From the NCBI GenBank assembly GCA_002773855.1, contig PEZY01000012.1, positions 297,613-361,612 on the forward strand: 64,000 nucleotides of DNA. The letters are read 5' to 3'. Source of the stretch: Candidatus Buchananbacteria bacterium CG10_big_fil_rev_8_21_14_0_10_33_19 (GTDB lineage: Bacteria > Patescibacteriota > Patescibacteriia > 2-01-FULL-39-33). Numbering within the stretch: the stretch's first letter is position 1; the number at the start of each line of letters is the position of its first letter. Shown here piece after piece: positions 9,570 to 20,274 of this stretch. Position numbers and translations under genes: made by a program. The notes below the pieces were generated by a model, which saw only the letters and a program-made list of their open reading frames with translations, was not told the DNA's origin and did no database searches.

Positions 9570-10886
9570 ATGATACTATTTATATTATTTATAATTTTGG
9601 GAATTGCTTTTTCTTTGTGTTATATTTGGGGTAAAGAAAAATTTTCACCAGCTAATTTAATGTTAGCTGTTTGGTTAATATCTATTGGAGTAGCTCAATT
9701 ACGACTTAGTCCTCATGAAAATAAATGGACAGTTGATTTTTGGTTGGTTTTATTTTTATTTTTGGTATTGTTCTATTTATCTTTTTTGATTGTAAATAAT
9801 AAGATTGGTAAAAAAATTACCGATAATAAAAAAAATATTTTGATTGATAAAAAGATATTATTTTTTGTGGCTATAGGTTTAACCTCAGCCAGCTTGTTGA
9901 GTAATCTTTATATATTTTGGCAATTTAAAACCATGCCAATATTTTCATCTAGTCCGGATAGGATGAGATTTATTATTAACAAAAATATTTTTGGTTTATG
10001 GGAATATTTAGCCCTATTGCCTAGACTTTATATTCCGTTATTATTTTTTTATTTGTTATCAATTAAGAGTATATCTAGGAAATATAAATTATTTATTTGG
10101 CTAAATATTATTTTGGGTTTTCTATTATTATTTTTATACGCTTCTAGGTTGGTAATAATTTTGCCAATTTTGTTAACATACTTTGTCTATATTTATTTGA
10201 AAAAAAATAATATTACTTTTAAGAAAATAATTATTTCTTCAATATTGGTGTTACTAGTGGTTGGCTTTATATCTGTGGCTATTCCAGCTTTTCGTAATTA
10301 TATAACTTATAAAGATTATTATACTGACAGCCTAGATTATACGCCATTTACCTATTTGGTTAATTTATCCGGTATTGCTGTGCCGGCTGAATTACAATGG
10401 ATTATTCCATTATATATTATTCCTAGTTTTAATTTGCAGGCCATGCTACAAGCGACCACTTATTATAATACTAGTGTTAACAATTTTTATCAGGGTGCTT
10501 ATTATCTCACAGTTTTTAATCCACTTCTAAAAATATTACATTTGCCATTATCTAATGTGATAATACCCTGGGAGCCAATGTTTTTGTCTTGGTGGATAAC
10601 GGCGACATTTTTATTTTCGGCTTGGGCGGATTTTGGTTACTGGGGAATTATTTTTATAGCTATTTTATGGGGTATTATTTTAGCTGTAGCCTATCAATAT
10701 GCATCAAAAAAACCGACTTATTTGTCGATTATGTTAATGTCTTATTTTAGTTTTGTGGTGATAATGAGTATTTACACTGATTATTTGATGAGAGCCGAGT
10801 TTTATATAGATGTGTTTTTTATTTTTGTGACTGGCTATATTTTTTTGAAATTTAAAAATCAGACTACTCAAAAGATTGATCAATAA
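9570..10886 (+). CDS. Putative O-antigen/polysaccharide polymerase (Wzy-like)
   Basis: Multi-TM protein; T.....WADFG.WG motif near the C-terminus; last gene of the flippase/GT cluster. Confidence 0.7.
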   Translation: MILFILFIILGIAFSLCYIWGKEKFSPANLMLAVWLISIGVAQLRLSPHENKWTVDFWLVLFLFLVLFYLSFLIVNNKIGKKITDNKKNILIDKKILFFVAIGLTSASLLSNLYIFWQFKTMPIFSSSPDRMRFIINKNIFGLWEYLALLPRLYIPLLFFYLLSIKSISRKYKLFIWLNIILGFLLLFLYASRLVIILPILLTYFVYIYLKKNNITFKKIIISSILVLLVVGFISVAIPAFRNYITYKDYYTDSLDYTPFTYLVNLSGIAVPAELQWIIPLYIIPSFNLQAMLQATTYYNTSVNNFYQGAYYLTVFNPLLKILHLPLSNVIIPWEPMFLSWWITATFLFSAWADFGYWGIIFIAILWGIILAVAYQYASKKPTYLSIMLMSYFSFVVIMSIYTDYLMRAEFYIDVFFIFVTGYIFLKFKNQTTQKIDQ

Positions 10887-11805
10887 TATCTTTATTACCT
10901 AGTATAAAATCTTTAGCTTTTATTTTATTTTTGCCTTCAATTTGTAATTCAGATATTTCTAGTAGCTGATCGTTACAACCAATCAAAAATTTATCATTAT
11001 TGATTATTATTTTGCCGGCCAATGTATGTCCATCAGTGATGTTGACAGGTGGGAATATTTTTACCCGTTTTTTGCTTAGAGTAGTCCAGGCTGTTGGCCA
11101 GGGATAAAAGGCTCTGATTTGATTAGATATAATTTGAGCTGATTTATGCCAATTAATTTTAGCTTCTTCTTTGCTGATGAGTTGACAATAAGTAGCTTGT
11201 TCATCATTTTGAATAGTTGGAGCAATTTGGTTGCTGATAAATTTTTTAATAGTCTCAATCAAAAAATTAGTACTGCTATTGTCAGACATAATTTTATGTA
11301 GTGATTCATTATCTTCGTTACCAGCTAAGAGTAGCTCTTTTTGGGCTAAAATCGGCCCGTGGTCCATTTTAGCATCCATTAGCATGATTGTTATGCCTGT
11401 TTTGGTTTCGCCATTTAAGATGGCATTTTGAATGGGTGAAGCCCCTCGGTATTTTGGTAGTAATGAAGGGTGAACATTAATATTGCCTAACTTGGCAATA
11501 TTAAGTATTGCTTGAGGAATAATTTGACCGTAAGCCACAACTACCGTAAGATCTGGCTCCAAAGACTTCAGTTCCTCGATGATTTTAGTATCGGTTTTTA
11601 ATTTTTCTGATTGAAAGATTCTAATATTATTTTGGATAGCCACTGCTTTAACTGGTGGTATAGAGATGATTTGTTTTCTGCCAGTTGGTTTGTCTGGTTG
11701 GGTAATTATTCCTACAATTTCAAAATCGTTATTAAGTAAAGATTTTAAATAGGGGACGGCAAATTCTGGTGTCCCCATAAAAATTATTTTAGATGGTGCT
11801 TTCAT
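10864..11805 (-). CDS. fmt: Methionyl-tRNA formyltransferase
   Basis: IIFMGTPEFA; TQPDKPTGR; INVHPSLLPKYRGASPIQ; adjacent to def. Confidence 0.97.
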   Translation of the reverse strand: MKAPSKIIFMGTPEFAVPYLKSLLNNDFEIVGIITQPDKPTGRKQIISIPPVKAVAIQNNIRIFQSEKLKTDTKIIEELKSLEPDLTVVVAYGQIIPQAILNIAKLGNINVHPSLLPKYRGASPIQNAILNGETKTGITIMLMDAKMDHGPILAQKELLLAGNEDNESLHKIMSDNSSTNFLIETIKKFISNQIAPTIQNDEQATYCQLISKEEAKINWHKSAQIISNQIRAFYPWPTAWTTLSKKRVKIFPPVNITDGHTLAGKIIINNDKFLIGCNDQLLEISELQIEGKNKIKAKDFILGNKDIIDQSFE

Positions 11806-11806
11806 A

Positions 11807-12265
11807 TTAGTATTCGATATCTGCTAAGTCTTTAACCTTATCAATGAATAGTATGCCGTCTAAATGGTCTATTTCATGTTGAATAATTCTAGCTAATAAA
11901 CCATTGGCTTTAATGGTTTGTTCTTGACCACCTTCATTAAGATATTTTATAGTAACGCTTTTATGTCTTTTAACTTGACCGTATTTATGAGGAATTGATA
12001 GGCAGCCTTCTTCGTCCCAGTCTTTAAGTAATGATTTTTTGATAATCTTAGGATTAATAATGACTAGATCTTTGTCTTTGTGTCCAATAACCAATAATCT
12101 AATGTTTTGTCCAATCTGCGGAGCGGCTAGACCAACGCCATTACTATCTTTCATAGTTTCTAACATCTCTGGAATTAGCTTTTGAATTTTTGAATCTAAA
12201 ACATCGGTCACTTTTTGTGATTTTGTTCGTAAGATTGGATTGGGATGAATAATAAGCTTTAACAT
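11807..12265 (-). CDS. def: Peptide deformylase
   Basis: GVGLAAPQIG, EGCLS and QHEIDHLDG motifs. Confidence 0.98.
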   Translation of the reverse strand: MLKLIIHPNPILRTKSQKVTDVLDSKIQKLIPEMLETMKDSNGVGLAAPQIGQNIRLLVIGHKDKDLVIINPKIIKKSLLKDWDEEGCLSIPHKYGQVKRHKSVTIKYLNEGGQEQTIKANGLLARIIQHEIDHLDGILFIDKVKDLADIEY

Positions 12266-12354
12266 AACTATATTATGTTATAAAAAAGGTAAAAAGTCAA
12301 TAGTATTTGGTGTCTAATTTACAAGAGTTAAGGTTTTTGGTAGAATCATTATTA

Positions 12355-12651
12355 ATGAAAAAAGATGAAGGCCCTCAAAAATTAAGTGATCTGTTTGGTA
12401 AAATTGAACAGAAGAAAGCCCCTGCTCATGAGTGGCAAGATTTAGCTTTGCGTATAATTTCTGATTTAGGCGTGCCAAATTTTAAGCGAGGTTCGGTGTT
12501 TAAGATTTGCAAAGATAATACTAAAGAGAAGGTGGAAAGAGCTTATAATGATACTAAAGAGCTGTGTAAGAGTGGTGAAAAATGGAAATATTTTTTTAAG
12601 GTAATCGCTGATTCAGATAGTAATATTGAGCACAAAATAAAATCCACCTAA
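12355..12651 (+). CDS. Hypothetical protein
   Basis: Protein-like composition from ATG 12355, followed by a bidirectional terminator. Confidence 0.75.
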   Translation: MKKDEGPQKLSDLFGKIEQKKAPAHEWQDLALRIISDLGVPNFKRGSVFKICKDNTKEKVERAYNDTKELCKSGEKWKYFFKVIADSDSNIEHKIKST

Positions 12652-12666
12652 ATTAGGTGGATTTTT
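12639..12666. terminator. Bidirectional terminator
   Basis: AAAATCCACCTAA-A-TTAGGTGGATTTT between convergent genes. Confidence 0.7.
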
Positions 12667-12679
12667 AAATTATTATGAT

Positions 12680-13471
12680 TTATTTTAATTCTAAATTGGC
12701 AGTTAAGTAGCCAACACCAAATGGAGCTTCATAGCTTAGAATTTTGGTTTCATAGTTGATATTATTTAGAATTCCTAGAAGTATTAATATTGAACGTAGT
12801 CCACATTCAGCAGCATTTCCAATGGTTTTTGTATCCATATTAACGATGCCCTGTGAATCACCAGCCTGTAGTAGCTTAATTAACCCCTCATCAAACTCTT
12901 TGCCAGCTGGATTGAATTTAGCTGGAGCATTCTCGGTTAGGCAATGAGATAAATCAGCCGAAGCGATAACAGCTATTCGCTTATCAGTGCTAAAAATTAC
13001 TTCTTTTAAGATTTTACCAAAGTCCAAGTGCGATTGATTATCTAGCAGTGAAAAATATATTGGAATAATTTTTATATTTTGTATATTTTGACCTAAACAG
13101 TAGAATGGTATACCAATACCATGGTCTAATTTAGTTTCAGATATGATATTAATTGGTGATTTACTGGATATTCTTTCCTTGTCATTGGTCATTAATAAGA
13201 TATCACCTTTAACAGGTATTTTGGTGGAAAAGTCGCCAAAATCTTCAAAATTAATTTCAAAGTTATCTGATAGATTGATAGTGAAATGATCAGCATTGGT
13301 GTGACCATGAGGTGAAATGATAATTAAAATATCTGGCTTAGCTGCGTATAGATCTCTTTCTAGGCTAGCTAGAGCTTCTTTGGTTTTGGTTATATTCTCT
13401 AAGTGTTCTTTGCCAATACTAGGAATAATTATTGGCGGGTGAGGGGATATGGCGCTAAAAACTAATGACAT
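12680..13471 (-). CDS. AmmeMemoRadiSam system protein B / LigB-like (MEMO1 family)
   Basis: PHPPII.P.IG; IISPH; LDHG; IASADLSH; ECG.RS; SYEAPFGVGY. Confidence 0.88.
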   Translation of the reverse strand: MSLVFSAISPHPPIIIPSIGKEHLENITKTKEALASLERDLYAAKPDILIIISPHGHTNADHFTINLSDNFEINFEDFGDFSTKIPVKGDILLMTNDKERISSKSPINIISETKLDHGIGIPFYCLGQNIQNIKIIPIYFSLLDNQSHLDFGKILKEVIFSTDKRIAVIASADLSHCLTENAPAKFNPAGKEFDEGLIKLLQAGDSQGIVNMDTKTIGNAAECGLRSILILLGILNNINYETKILSYEAPFGVGYLTANLELK

Positions 13472-13477
13472 AAAGTT

Positions 13478-13600
13478 TAATTAAAAATTAAAAAATAAAA
13501 GTGTAAAATTAATGTATTGCTACGCAATGGTTTTTTAAATAAATTATGAGCATAGTGGACACTTGATTTTTTAGTTTTGCGTTTTAAGTTTTTAATTTAT
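13478..13600. repeat. Inverted pair of degenerate 7-bp tandem arrays around a small hairpin
   Basis: TAATTAA AAATTAA AAAATAA... and ...TTAGTTT TGCGTTT TAAGTTT TTAATTT, with ATTGCTACGCAAT in the middle. Confidence 0.5.
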
Positions 13601-13606
13601 TTCGTT

Positions 13607-14977
13607 CTACCAATCGCCAGTGATTGTTTGTCCTAATTGATGAGCATCTAAAGTTTCTTGGTTGACTGTTTTTATGTTGTCCCATTTGTAATTCATAGAT
13701 AAGAATATCTTAGAATTAAATATTGGTAGTTTTTTTTCATCAGAAATGACGTACACCGTACTAAGGTTCTTAACTTTAATTAATTCTCCGTCTGGCAGGG
13801 TAACTGGATTACCGGGACTGTAAATGTCTAGTTCGCTGGATGCTACTTTTTCGATTGGGACACTGCGGAAATTGGCGTTCATTATTTCTTTGTTGATGAC
13901 TAATTTTTTCTTACCACTGATAATATAATAAACATCACCAGTAGTTTTGTCCTGAAGTAGTTTGCCTGTTGGGTAGATGGTATTTTTGGTGATATTAGAT
14001 TCAGTTCTATACATTTCTAATTCATCGTTGCTAACTCCAATAATATCATCTTCAGTAAAGCCGATTTGTTTTAAGAGCTCTTCGTTTTCAATTTTTCTCT
14101 TGGTGTCATCAATAATCATATAAATTTCTTTAGCTGGATTCTGAAGTAGGGAAAAATTAAGGTATTCAATAGATGGGCCATCATCATAGTAATCTAAATC
14201 TGCTGGAGAAACCATAATTACTTTTTTAGGATCAAATCTGGATAAAAATACAGAGTTTGACACGATTTTTCTTTTGGTGCCATTTTCTATATAGTATTTG
14301 GCTGTGGAATCTTCATCTTGTAGTAATGAGCCATCTGGCCACTTTTTACCAAAATATCTATTCCATAAATCCCAAAAAAGTTTATTACCACCACAGTTAC
14401 CACCACAGTCAACATGGGGAGTGTAGGAATATAAGCCAGCGGTAGCGGCATTTTTAGGAGTAACTGGCAAATTATCAATAGTTCTGGTTACACCAGGTCG
14501 GTAATAATAATTTCCTGGATTATCTACATAGTCTCTGGTTTGTAAAGCAGCTGAATTAACTTGTTTAAAAAAACCTTGCCATCTAGAATTACAGCCACCA
14601 CCGTCAGGACAGCCATAGCCAGTAGCCCAATCATATTGAGTTTGTTTAGGGGCGGGATTATCTAAAAGGCTCATTTCTTTTTGAACAAGGACTAATAAAT
14701 ATTTAGGATTTATTAAGGCATCAAGAGCGGTTTTATAAAAGGTTTCAGCAGCAGTGATTGATTTACCTTCTTTATCAATAGTTACATAGTTTTTTAAGGT
14801 ACCAGGTCGTTTATCTAAAAAACGTTGAATGTCTTCTAAATCCATGGAATTATAATTAGTAATTTCTGAGTCAGAAATTAAATAATTTGGGTCAAATTCG
14901 GCAGCTAAGGCTGGATTAGATATTAATGTTGTGGCCACTAAAAATAGGGCTATAAAGGTAATTTTACAATTGGTCAT
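13607..14977 (-). CDS. Secreted protein: lysozyme/glucosaminidase-like N-domain plus repeated surface modules
   Basis: Signal peptide; L.QKE.SL, TGYGCPD, NAATAGLYSYTPH; four repeats of type DG.L.Q...VY.I..G.K. Confidence 0.6.
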   Translation of the reverse strand: MTNCKITFIALFLVATTLISNPALAAEFDPNYLISDSEITNYNSMDLEDIQRFLDKRPGTLKNYVTIDKEGKSITAAETFYKTALDALINPKYLLVLVQKEMSLLDNPAPKQTQYDWATGYGCPDGGGCNSRWQGFFKQVNSAALQTRDYVDNPGNYYYRPGVTRTIDNLPVTPKNAATAGLYSYTPHVDCGGNCGGNKLFWDLWNRYFGKKWPDGSLLQDEDSTAKYYIENGTKRKIVSNSVFLSRFDPKKVIMVSPADLDYYDDGPSIEYLNFSLLQNPAKEIYMIIDDTKRKIENEELLKQIGFTEDDIIGVSNDELEMYRTESNITKNTIYPTGKLLQDKTTGDVYYIISGKKKLVINKEIMNANFRSVPIEKVASSELDIYSPGNPVTLPDGELIKVKNLSTVYVISDEKKLPIFNSKIFLSMNYKWDNIKTVNQETLDAHQLGQTITGDW

Positions 14978-15177
14978 TTTCTATTAGGTTTATTTATTTT
15001 TATTTGTTTAAATTATATCAGATATTTAAGATTTTTGGTATATATTCATAGACTTTTGATTTATAGTCAATTTATTTATGTTTTATGATGATTTTAGAGT
15101 GTCTTGATTTTTATCTATCTGATATTTCTGTTAAAATAGATGACAGGTAGAAATAGTGAATAAAAATAATTTTTCTT

Positions 15178-15900
15178 ATGAAAATAGATTTAGAAAATTT
15201 TGAAGATATAGAAAGAGATAAATCTTTTGATTACGGTTATTCTAGAAAAAAAAGAAAAAAGAAGAATAATTTAATTAGAATATTAATAGCTATCGTTGTA
15301 AGTTTATTAATAGTATTATTGATAGCTTATTTAACGTTGAAGTTTTTTGTTGGACCAATTGTTAAAACTGTTGATGGATTACCTGGTGATTTTCCAGCTG
15401 GTATAGATTTTTATCAACCTGATCAGGCTAAAATCAATTTAGAAGATCAAGTGGGGAAAGAGAAAATGATTTCTGGATTAAAATCAATGCCAGATTGGGT
15501 GCTAACTTTATTTTTAAATTTCTTGTCCGAAGACTTAAAAAAACAATTAGCCGATAATTTTGGTGATGATATTAATATTCCCAAAAATTTTAGTGTTGAT
15601 GATTTAAAGGAATCACTTAATGAAATTGATGTTAACAAAACTCAAACAGTTAATTTGTCGTGGGCCGGTGTTGATAAAACCAAAGAAGAAATTGCTGCTT
15701 ACTATAAGCAAAAATTAAAAGCTAGCAACTTCGAATTCAAAGAAAATTTAACTGATTATCAGATTAATTTAGGTTTTTGGAAAGATGGTGTCTTTGGTCT
15801 GATGTCTTTTACTGATCAAAAACAAGAAATAGACGGCGGCGTTAAATATAATAGTGATGTTGATATAACCGTTAATTATTTGAATGAATTACAAAAATAA
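15178..15900 (+). CDS. Single-pass membrane hypothetical protein
   Basis: Basic patch, then one TM helix, then a soluble domain. Confidence 0.8.
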   Translation: MKIDLENFEDIERDKSFDYGYSRKKRKKKNNLIRILIAIVVSLLIVLLIAYLTLKFFVGPIVKTVDGLPGDFPAGIDFYQPDQAKINLEDQVGKEKMISGLKSMPDWVLTLFLNFLSEDLKKQLADNFGDDINIPKNFSVDDLKESLNEIDVNKTQTVNLSWAGVDKTKEEIAAYYKQKLKASNFEFKENLTDYQINLGFWKDGVFGLMSFTDQKQEIDGGVKYNSDVDITVNYLNELQK

Positions 15901-16646
15901 TGAAAAAAGAAATTTTAGGCGTTGGCCTTGATATTATTGATGCTGATCAAACAATATCAAAAATCACTGAGTATTTGCAATCAAATAAGCAGTATCATTT
16001 GGTGACAGTTAACCCAGAGTTTATTGTTGAATCTCGGGACAATAAAAAATTTAAAAATGTTTTAAATAAAGCATCACTGGCAGTTTGTGATGGTTTTGGT
16101 TTAGTATTAGTAACTCTTGGTAAATTAAAACGAGTCACCGGTGTTGATTTATCTGAGAGGTTGTTGGGTGGTGAAATTAAAAATTCCAAGGTTTTTTTAT
16201 TAGGTGGCACTAAAGATAACGCCAAAATATTAATGACTAAATACCCTGGCACTATTGTTGGAGCAGAACAGGGTGGTAATATTAATATTAAGACATACCA
16301 ATTAGATAATAATGATATTATTATTAATAAAATAATTAAAAGCAAGGCTAATATATTACTAGTAGGTTTTGGTCAGGTTAAGCAAGAGATGTGGATTAGT
16401 CAAAATTTAAGTAAAGTGCCAAATGTTAAGGTGGCTATAGGAGTTGGCGGCACTTTTGATTATTTGTCAGGTGATATAAAACGAGCGCCCAAATTTTTTA
16501 GATCATTGGGCTTGGAGTGGTTGTATCGATTAACCGCTCAGCCTCAAAGGCTTCGGCGAATTTTTAATGCGACCATTAAGTTTTTGTGGTTAGTAGCGCT
16601 CAACAAACTATTAAAATTAAAGCATCCTAAATTGACAAAAAGATAA
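15900..16646 (+). CDS. WecB/TagA/CpsF family glycosyltransferase
   Basis: TVNPEF; DGFG; RVTGVDL; KQE.W; GVGGTFD; RAP......GLEWLYRL..QP.R. Confidence 0.93.
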   Translation: MKKEILGVGLDIIDADQTISKITEYLQSNKQYHLVTVNPEFIVESRDNKKFKNVLNKASLAVCDGFGLVLVTLGKLKRVTGVDLSERLLGGEIKNSKVFLLGGTKDNAKILMTKYPGTIVGAEQGGNINIKTYQLDNNDIIINKIIKSKANILLVGFGQVKQEMWISQNLSKVPNVKVAIGVGGTFDYLSGDIKRAPKFFRSLGLEWLYRLTAQPQRLRRIFNATIKFLWLVALNKLLKLKHPKLTKR

Positions 16647-16679
16647 TTTATTATTATTATCAAGTCTAATAACTCCAAT

Positions 16680-18173
16680 ATGTTTTTTAATAAGAAGTTA
16701 AAAATTAGAACTAGGTTTGCTCCCAGTCCCACTGGCTTTCTTCATGTTGGTGGGCTACGTACCGCTCTTTACGCTTATGTTTTAGCCGAACAGAATAAGG
16801 GTGATTTTTTGCTTAGAATTGAAGACACTGATCAGTCTAGAGAAGTAGAAGGGGCAGTGGATAATTTATTAAAATCTTTAAAATGGGCTGGCTTAGAAGC
16901 TAAAGAGGGGGTAATTATTGATAATGATGATAAAATAGCTGAGAAAGGCAATTTTGGCCCCTACACACAGTCTAAAAGACTAGAGATATACCAAAAATAT
17001 GCCAAAGTATTGGTAGATTCTGGTCGGGCTTATTATTGTTTTTGCACCTCAGAAAGATTGGAAAGTTTAAAAAATGATCAAAAATCAGCTGGTCAGGCTA
17101 CTCACTACGATAAACACTGCTTATCCTTAACTAAGGAAGATATTAAAGCTAAACTAGACAATGAGGAAAAATATGTTATTAGATTTAAAGTACCAGAAAA
17201 ACAAGAGGTAGTTTTTAATGATGTGGTTAGAGGTGAGATTAAATTTAATACTGCTGACATTGATGATCAAATTATTATAAAATCAGATGGTTTTCCAACT
17301 TATCATTTGGCCAGTGTTGTGGATGATTACTTAATGAAAATAAATTATATAATCAGGGGAGAGGAGTGGCTATCTTCTACACCCAAACATGTTTTGTTAT
17401 ACGAAGCTTTTAATTGGCCAGTGCCACAATTTGCTCATTTGCCATTGTTATTAAATCTAGATAAATCTAAATTATCTAAACGTCAGGGTGATGTGGCAGT
17501 AGAAGATTATCGTGATCAGGGTTATCTGCCAGAAGCTTTGGTTAATTTTGTGGCTTTACTTGGCTGGAATCCTGGGACTGAACAAGAAATTTTTAGCTTA
17601 GATGAATTAATTAAACTATTTGATGTCAAAAAAATTCACAAAGCTGGGGCAGTTTTTAATCGTGATAAATTAGATTGGTTTAATAGTGAATATATTAAAA
17701 AATTAAGTTCTACTGAATTTAAGGTATTGGCTAGGCCATATTTAGAAAAAAACATAACTAAAATTTCAGCAGATTTAAATCTAGAAAAATTATTCGAAAT
17801 TGAACAGCAAAGAATTAATAAGTTAAGTGAGATTGGTAATGATTTAAGTTTTATTTTTACTGATAATTTGGCATACAGTGTAGCTGATTTGGTTTGGAAA
17901 AAATCTACACCAGAATTAACTCTCAAAAATTTAGAATTACTGATTGGTGAATTAGAAGGGTATTCACAAAGTAATTGGCGGGCTGATAGTTTGGAAAAAA
18001 ATATTATAAAATTTATTGCCGAATCTGGTTTAAAAAATGGCGATGTGTTGTGGCCAATGCGCTTTGCTTTAACTGGTCAAGTTAAATCGCCAACCCCATT
18101 TGAAGTGGCCGATATTCTAGGTCAAGAAAAAAGTTTAGATAGATTAAGGCAGGCTATAGATAAATTAAAATAA
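16680..18173 (+). CDS. gltX: Glutamate--tRNA ligase
   Basis: RTRFAPSPTGFLHVGG (HIGH), LRIEDTD, KLSKR (KMSKS). Confidence 0.97.
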   Translation: MFFNKKLKIRTRFAPSPTGFLHVGGLRTALYAYVLAEQNKGDFLLRIEDTDQSREVEGAVDNLLKSLKWAGLEAKEGVIIDNDDKIAEKGNFGPYTQSKRLEIYQKYAKVLVDSGRAYYCFCTSERLESLKNDQKSAGQATHYDKHCLSLTKEDIKAKLDNEEKYVIRFKVPEKQEVVFNDVVRGEIKFNTADIDDQIIIKSDGFPTYHLASVVDDYLMKINYIIRGEEWLSSTPKHVLLYEAFNWPVPQFAHLPLLLNLDKSKLSKRQGDVAVEDYRDQGYLPEALVNFVALLGWNPGTEQEIFSLDELIKLFDVKKIHKAGAVFNRDKLDWFNSEYIKKLSSTEFKVLARPYLEKNITKISADLNLEKLFEIEQQRINKLSEIGNDLSFIFTDNLAYSVADLVWKKSTPELTLKNLELLIGELEGYSQSNWRADSLEKNIIKFIAESGLKNGDVLWPMRFALTGQVKSPTPFEVADILGQEKSLDRLRQAIDKLK

Positions 18174-18200
18174 AAAAACGACCTGAGTTGGGCCGTTTTT
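18174..18200. terminator. Bidirectional terminator
   Basis: AAAAACGACCT-GAGTT-GGGCCGTTTTT between convergent genes. Confidence 0.6.
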
Positions 18201-18202
18201 GC

Positions 18203-18430
18203 TTATTTTTCGATTGAACAGAGATTGGCGTCAAAGCCACAGATAGCACAGATACCAGTAATTACTGCTGGGCTATAATTTTCATTACTACATTGCGGAC
18301 ATCTTAGTAGTCCAATAGCACCGCCATCTTTACAGATAAAGCCAGAGCCTAGTAACTTATCACCCTCTTGAAATTTAATTTCAATATTATCAAAATCTTT
18401 TGGTGTTGGTAATTTTTTGATTTGGGTCAT
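18203..18430 (-). CDS. Small zinc-ribbon protein (ORFan)
   Basis: RCPQC..ENY...V..GICAICG (two CxxC); AAAGGA SD and a TTGACA promoter upstream on the minus strand. Confidence 0.75.
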   Translation of the reverse strand: MTQIKKLPTPKDFDNIEIKFQEGDKLLGSGFICKDGGAIGLLRCPQCSNENYSPAVITGICAICGFDANLCSIEK

Positions 18431-18557
18431 TGTAGTAATATCCTTTTTGTTTGATGTTTGGAAGGTGCAATTAATAGATATATTATGTAAATATTATTTT
18501 ATTGTCAATTGCCAGTATCTTGTGTTATAATATGATTGAAAATAATAATATTGTCCC

Positions 18558-19820
18558 ATGCCAAGACAAGATAGACTTTGGAATTTAGCTAAATATCATA
18601 TTATTGCTTTGTTGTTAATGCCAATACTGCTTGTTGGTGTTTTTTTATTTACTACTAGAGGGTTGGTGGCCGAAGAAACAGCAGTAACTACTGGTGCTAA
18701 TCAGACTGAGGTTGACGATTTAACTCAACAAATTGATGATCAAAGAAAAAAAATTGATGCTATTGCTGATAAAATTAATGAATATAAAAGTAGTATTAGT
18801 AAATTTCAAAAACAATCTAATACTTTAAAAAATCAAGTTTATATCATAGATAATCAAATAGCTAAAACCGAATTAGATATTGAAGCTAAAAATGAAGAGG
18901 TTACAGTTACTGAGTTGGAAATATCTAAAGTAGAGTTAGAGATTGTAGATAATCAAAAAGCCATTGAAGAGCAAAAGAAATATTTATCAGCTTTTATTAG
19001 GTTATTGGATTATTATGATGATAAAGATTATTTATCAATACTGTTAAATAATAACTCTTTTTCCGAATTTTTTGATCAAATAAATAATATTGAGGGTATT
19101 GAAGAAGATTTACAAAAAACTTTAAATCGCTTTCAAGAGTTAATTGATAGATATAACGCTCAAAAAGATGAGCTAAATGCCAAAAGAGACAAGTTATCTG
19201 AACTTTTGAATAAATTAGAGAGTGAAAAAGATTCACTACAAGCTCAAATAGGGACTAAACAATATTTAATTGCTGAAACTAATAATTCTGAAAATAAATA
19301 TCAAGGCTTGGTTAGTGATTTAAAGCAGCAACAGTTAGCCGCTAATAATGCAGTGGCTGAAATGGAAAGAAGATTGCGTCAAGAATTAGAAAAGAAAGGT
19401 CCAGACGAGGCTTTTAATAATTTAGCTGAAGCAGCACTTATTTGGCCAACTAGTAGTCATCGGATTACCGCTCATTTTCATGATGCTGATTATCCATTTA
19501 AAGCTACGGTTGGTGAGCACTCTGGTTTGGATATCGGCGTAGGCAAGGGGACACCAGTAATGGCAGCTGAAAGTGGCTACGTGGCTAAAGCGGCTATTGG
19601 TACTAAGTGGTATGGTAATTATGTTATGATTATTCATAGTAATAACTTAGCTACTCTTTATGCTCATCTTAATTCTTTAAATGTTAAAACAGATCAATAT
19701 ATTAGCAAAGGGCAGGTAATTGGCCTGAGTGGTAGCACCGGTTTTTCTTCTGGACCACATCTTCATTTTGAGGTTAGATCTGGTGGAATCCCAGTTAATC
19801 CTTTAAATTATTTACCTTAG
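18558..19820 (+). CDS. M23 peptidoglycan endopeptidase with long coiled coil (EnvC/CwlO-like)
   Basis: Signal/TM, heptad coiled coil, HSGLD, YGNYV.I.H, YAHL, SSGPHLHFEVR. Confidence 0.93.
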   Translation: MPRQDRLWNLAKYHIIALLLMPILLVGVFLFTTRGLVAEETAVTTGANQTEVDDLTQQIDDQRKKIDAIADKINEYKSSISKFQKQSNTLKNQVYIIDNQIAKTELDIEAKNEEVTVTELEISKVELEIVDNQKAIEEQKKYLSAFIRLLDYYDDKDYLSILLNNNSFSEFFDQINNIEGIEEDLQKTLNRFQELIDRYNAQKDELNAKRDKLSELLNKLESEKDSLQAQIGTKQYLIAETNNSENKYQGLVSDLKQQQLAANNAVAEMERRLRQELEKKGPDEAFNNLAEAALIWPTSSHRITAHFHDADYPFKATVGEHSGLDIGVGKGTPVMAAESGYVAKAAIGTKWYGNYVMIIHSNNLATLYAHLNSLNVKTDQYISKGQVIGLSGSTGFSSGPHLHFEVRSGGIPVNPLNYLP

Positions 19821-19829
19821 CTTATATTT

Positions 19830-20246
19830 ATGGATAGGGATGAAATTATTAAATCAATTTTAACTTTTATATCTAATATATTTATTTGGTTTATCTTGTC
19901 TGGTATAGTATTTTTTATGTATTTCTTTTTTAATAAAGAATTGTATGAAAAATTGATTAAGTTTTTAATACCAGTTTTTATTTATTCGTCCGGTTTGATT
20001 TTGGTGTCTATGTGGCGTAAACGAAAAAATGATAATTTAGTTAAAGGTGGTAGTGAAACTGGATCGACAATTTATATTACTCAATGGGATAGGATGAAGC
20101 ATGATTTAGTGATGTTTATGACACCAATTATCATGTTGTTGGTAGCCAAATTTTATAAAAAAAATGTTGATGGTTTTGATATTATTTTGTCAGCTATTGC
20201 ATTTATAGGGCTTTATATGTCAAAATGGGTTTATAATAAAAAATAA
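19830..20246 (+). CDS. Four-TM membrane hypothetical protein
   Basis: Four hydrophobic segments; 9 nt downstream of the M23 gene. Confidence 0.8.
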   Translation: MDRDEIIKSILTFISNIFIWFILSGIVFFMYFFFNKELYEKLIKFLIPVFIYSSGLILVSMWRKRKNDNLVKGGSETGSTIYITQWDRMKHDLVMFMTPIIMLLVAKFYKKNVDGFDIILSAIAFIGLYMSKWVYNKK

Positions 20247-20274
20247 AATAAAATAAATAATAATGTCTTAATAT

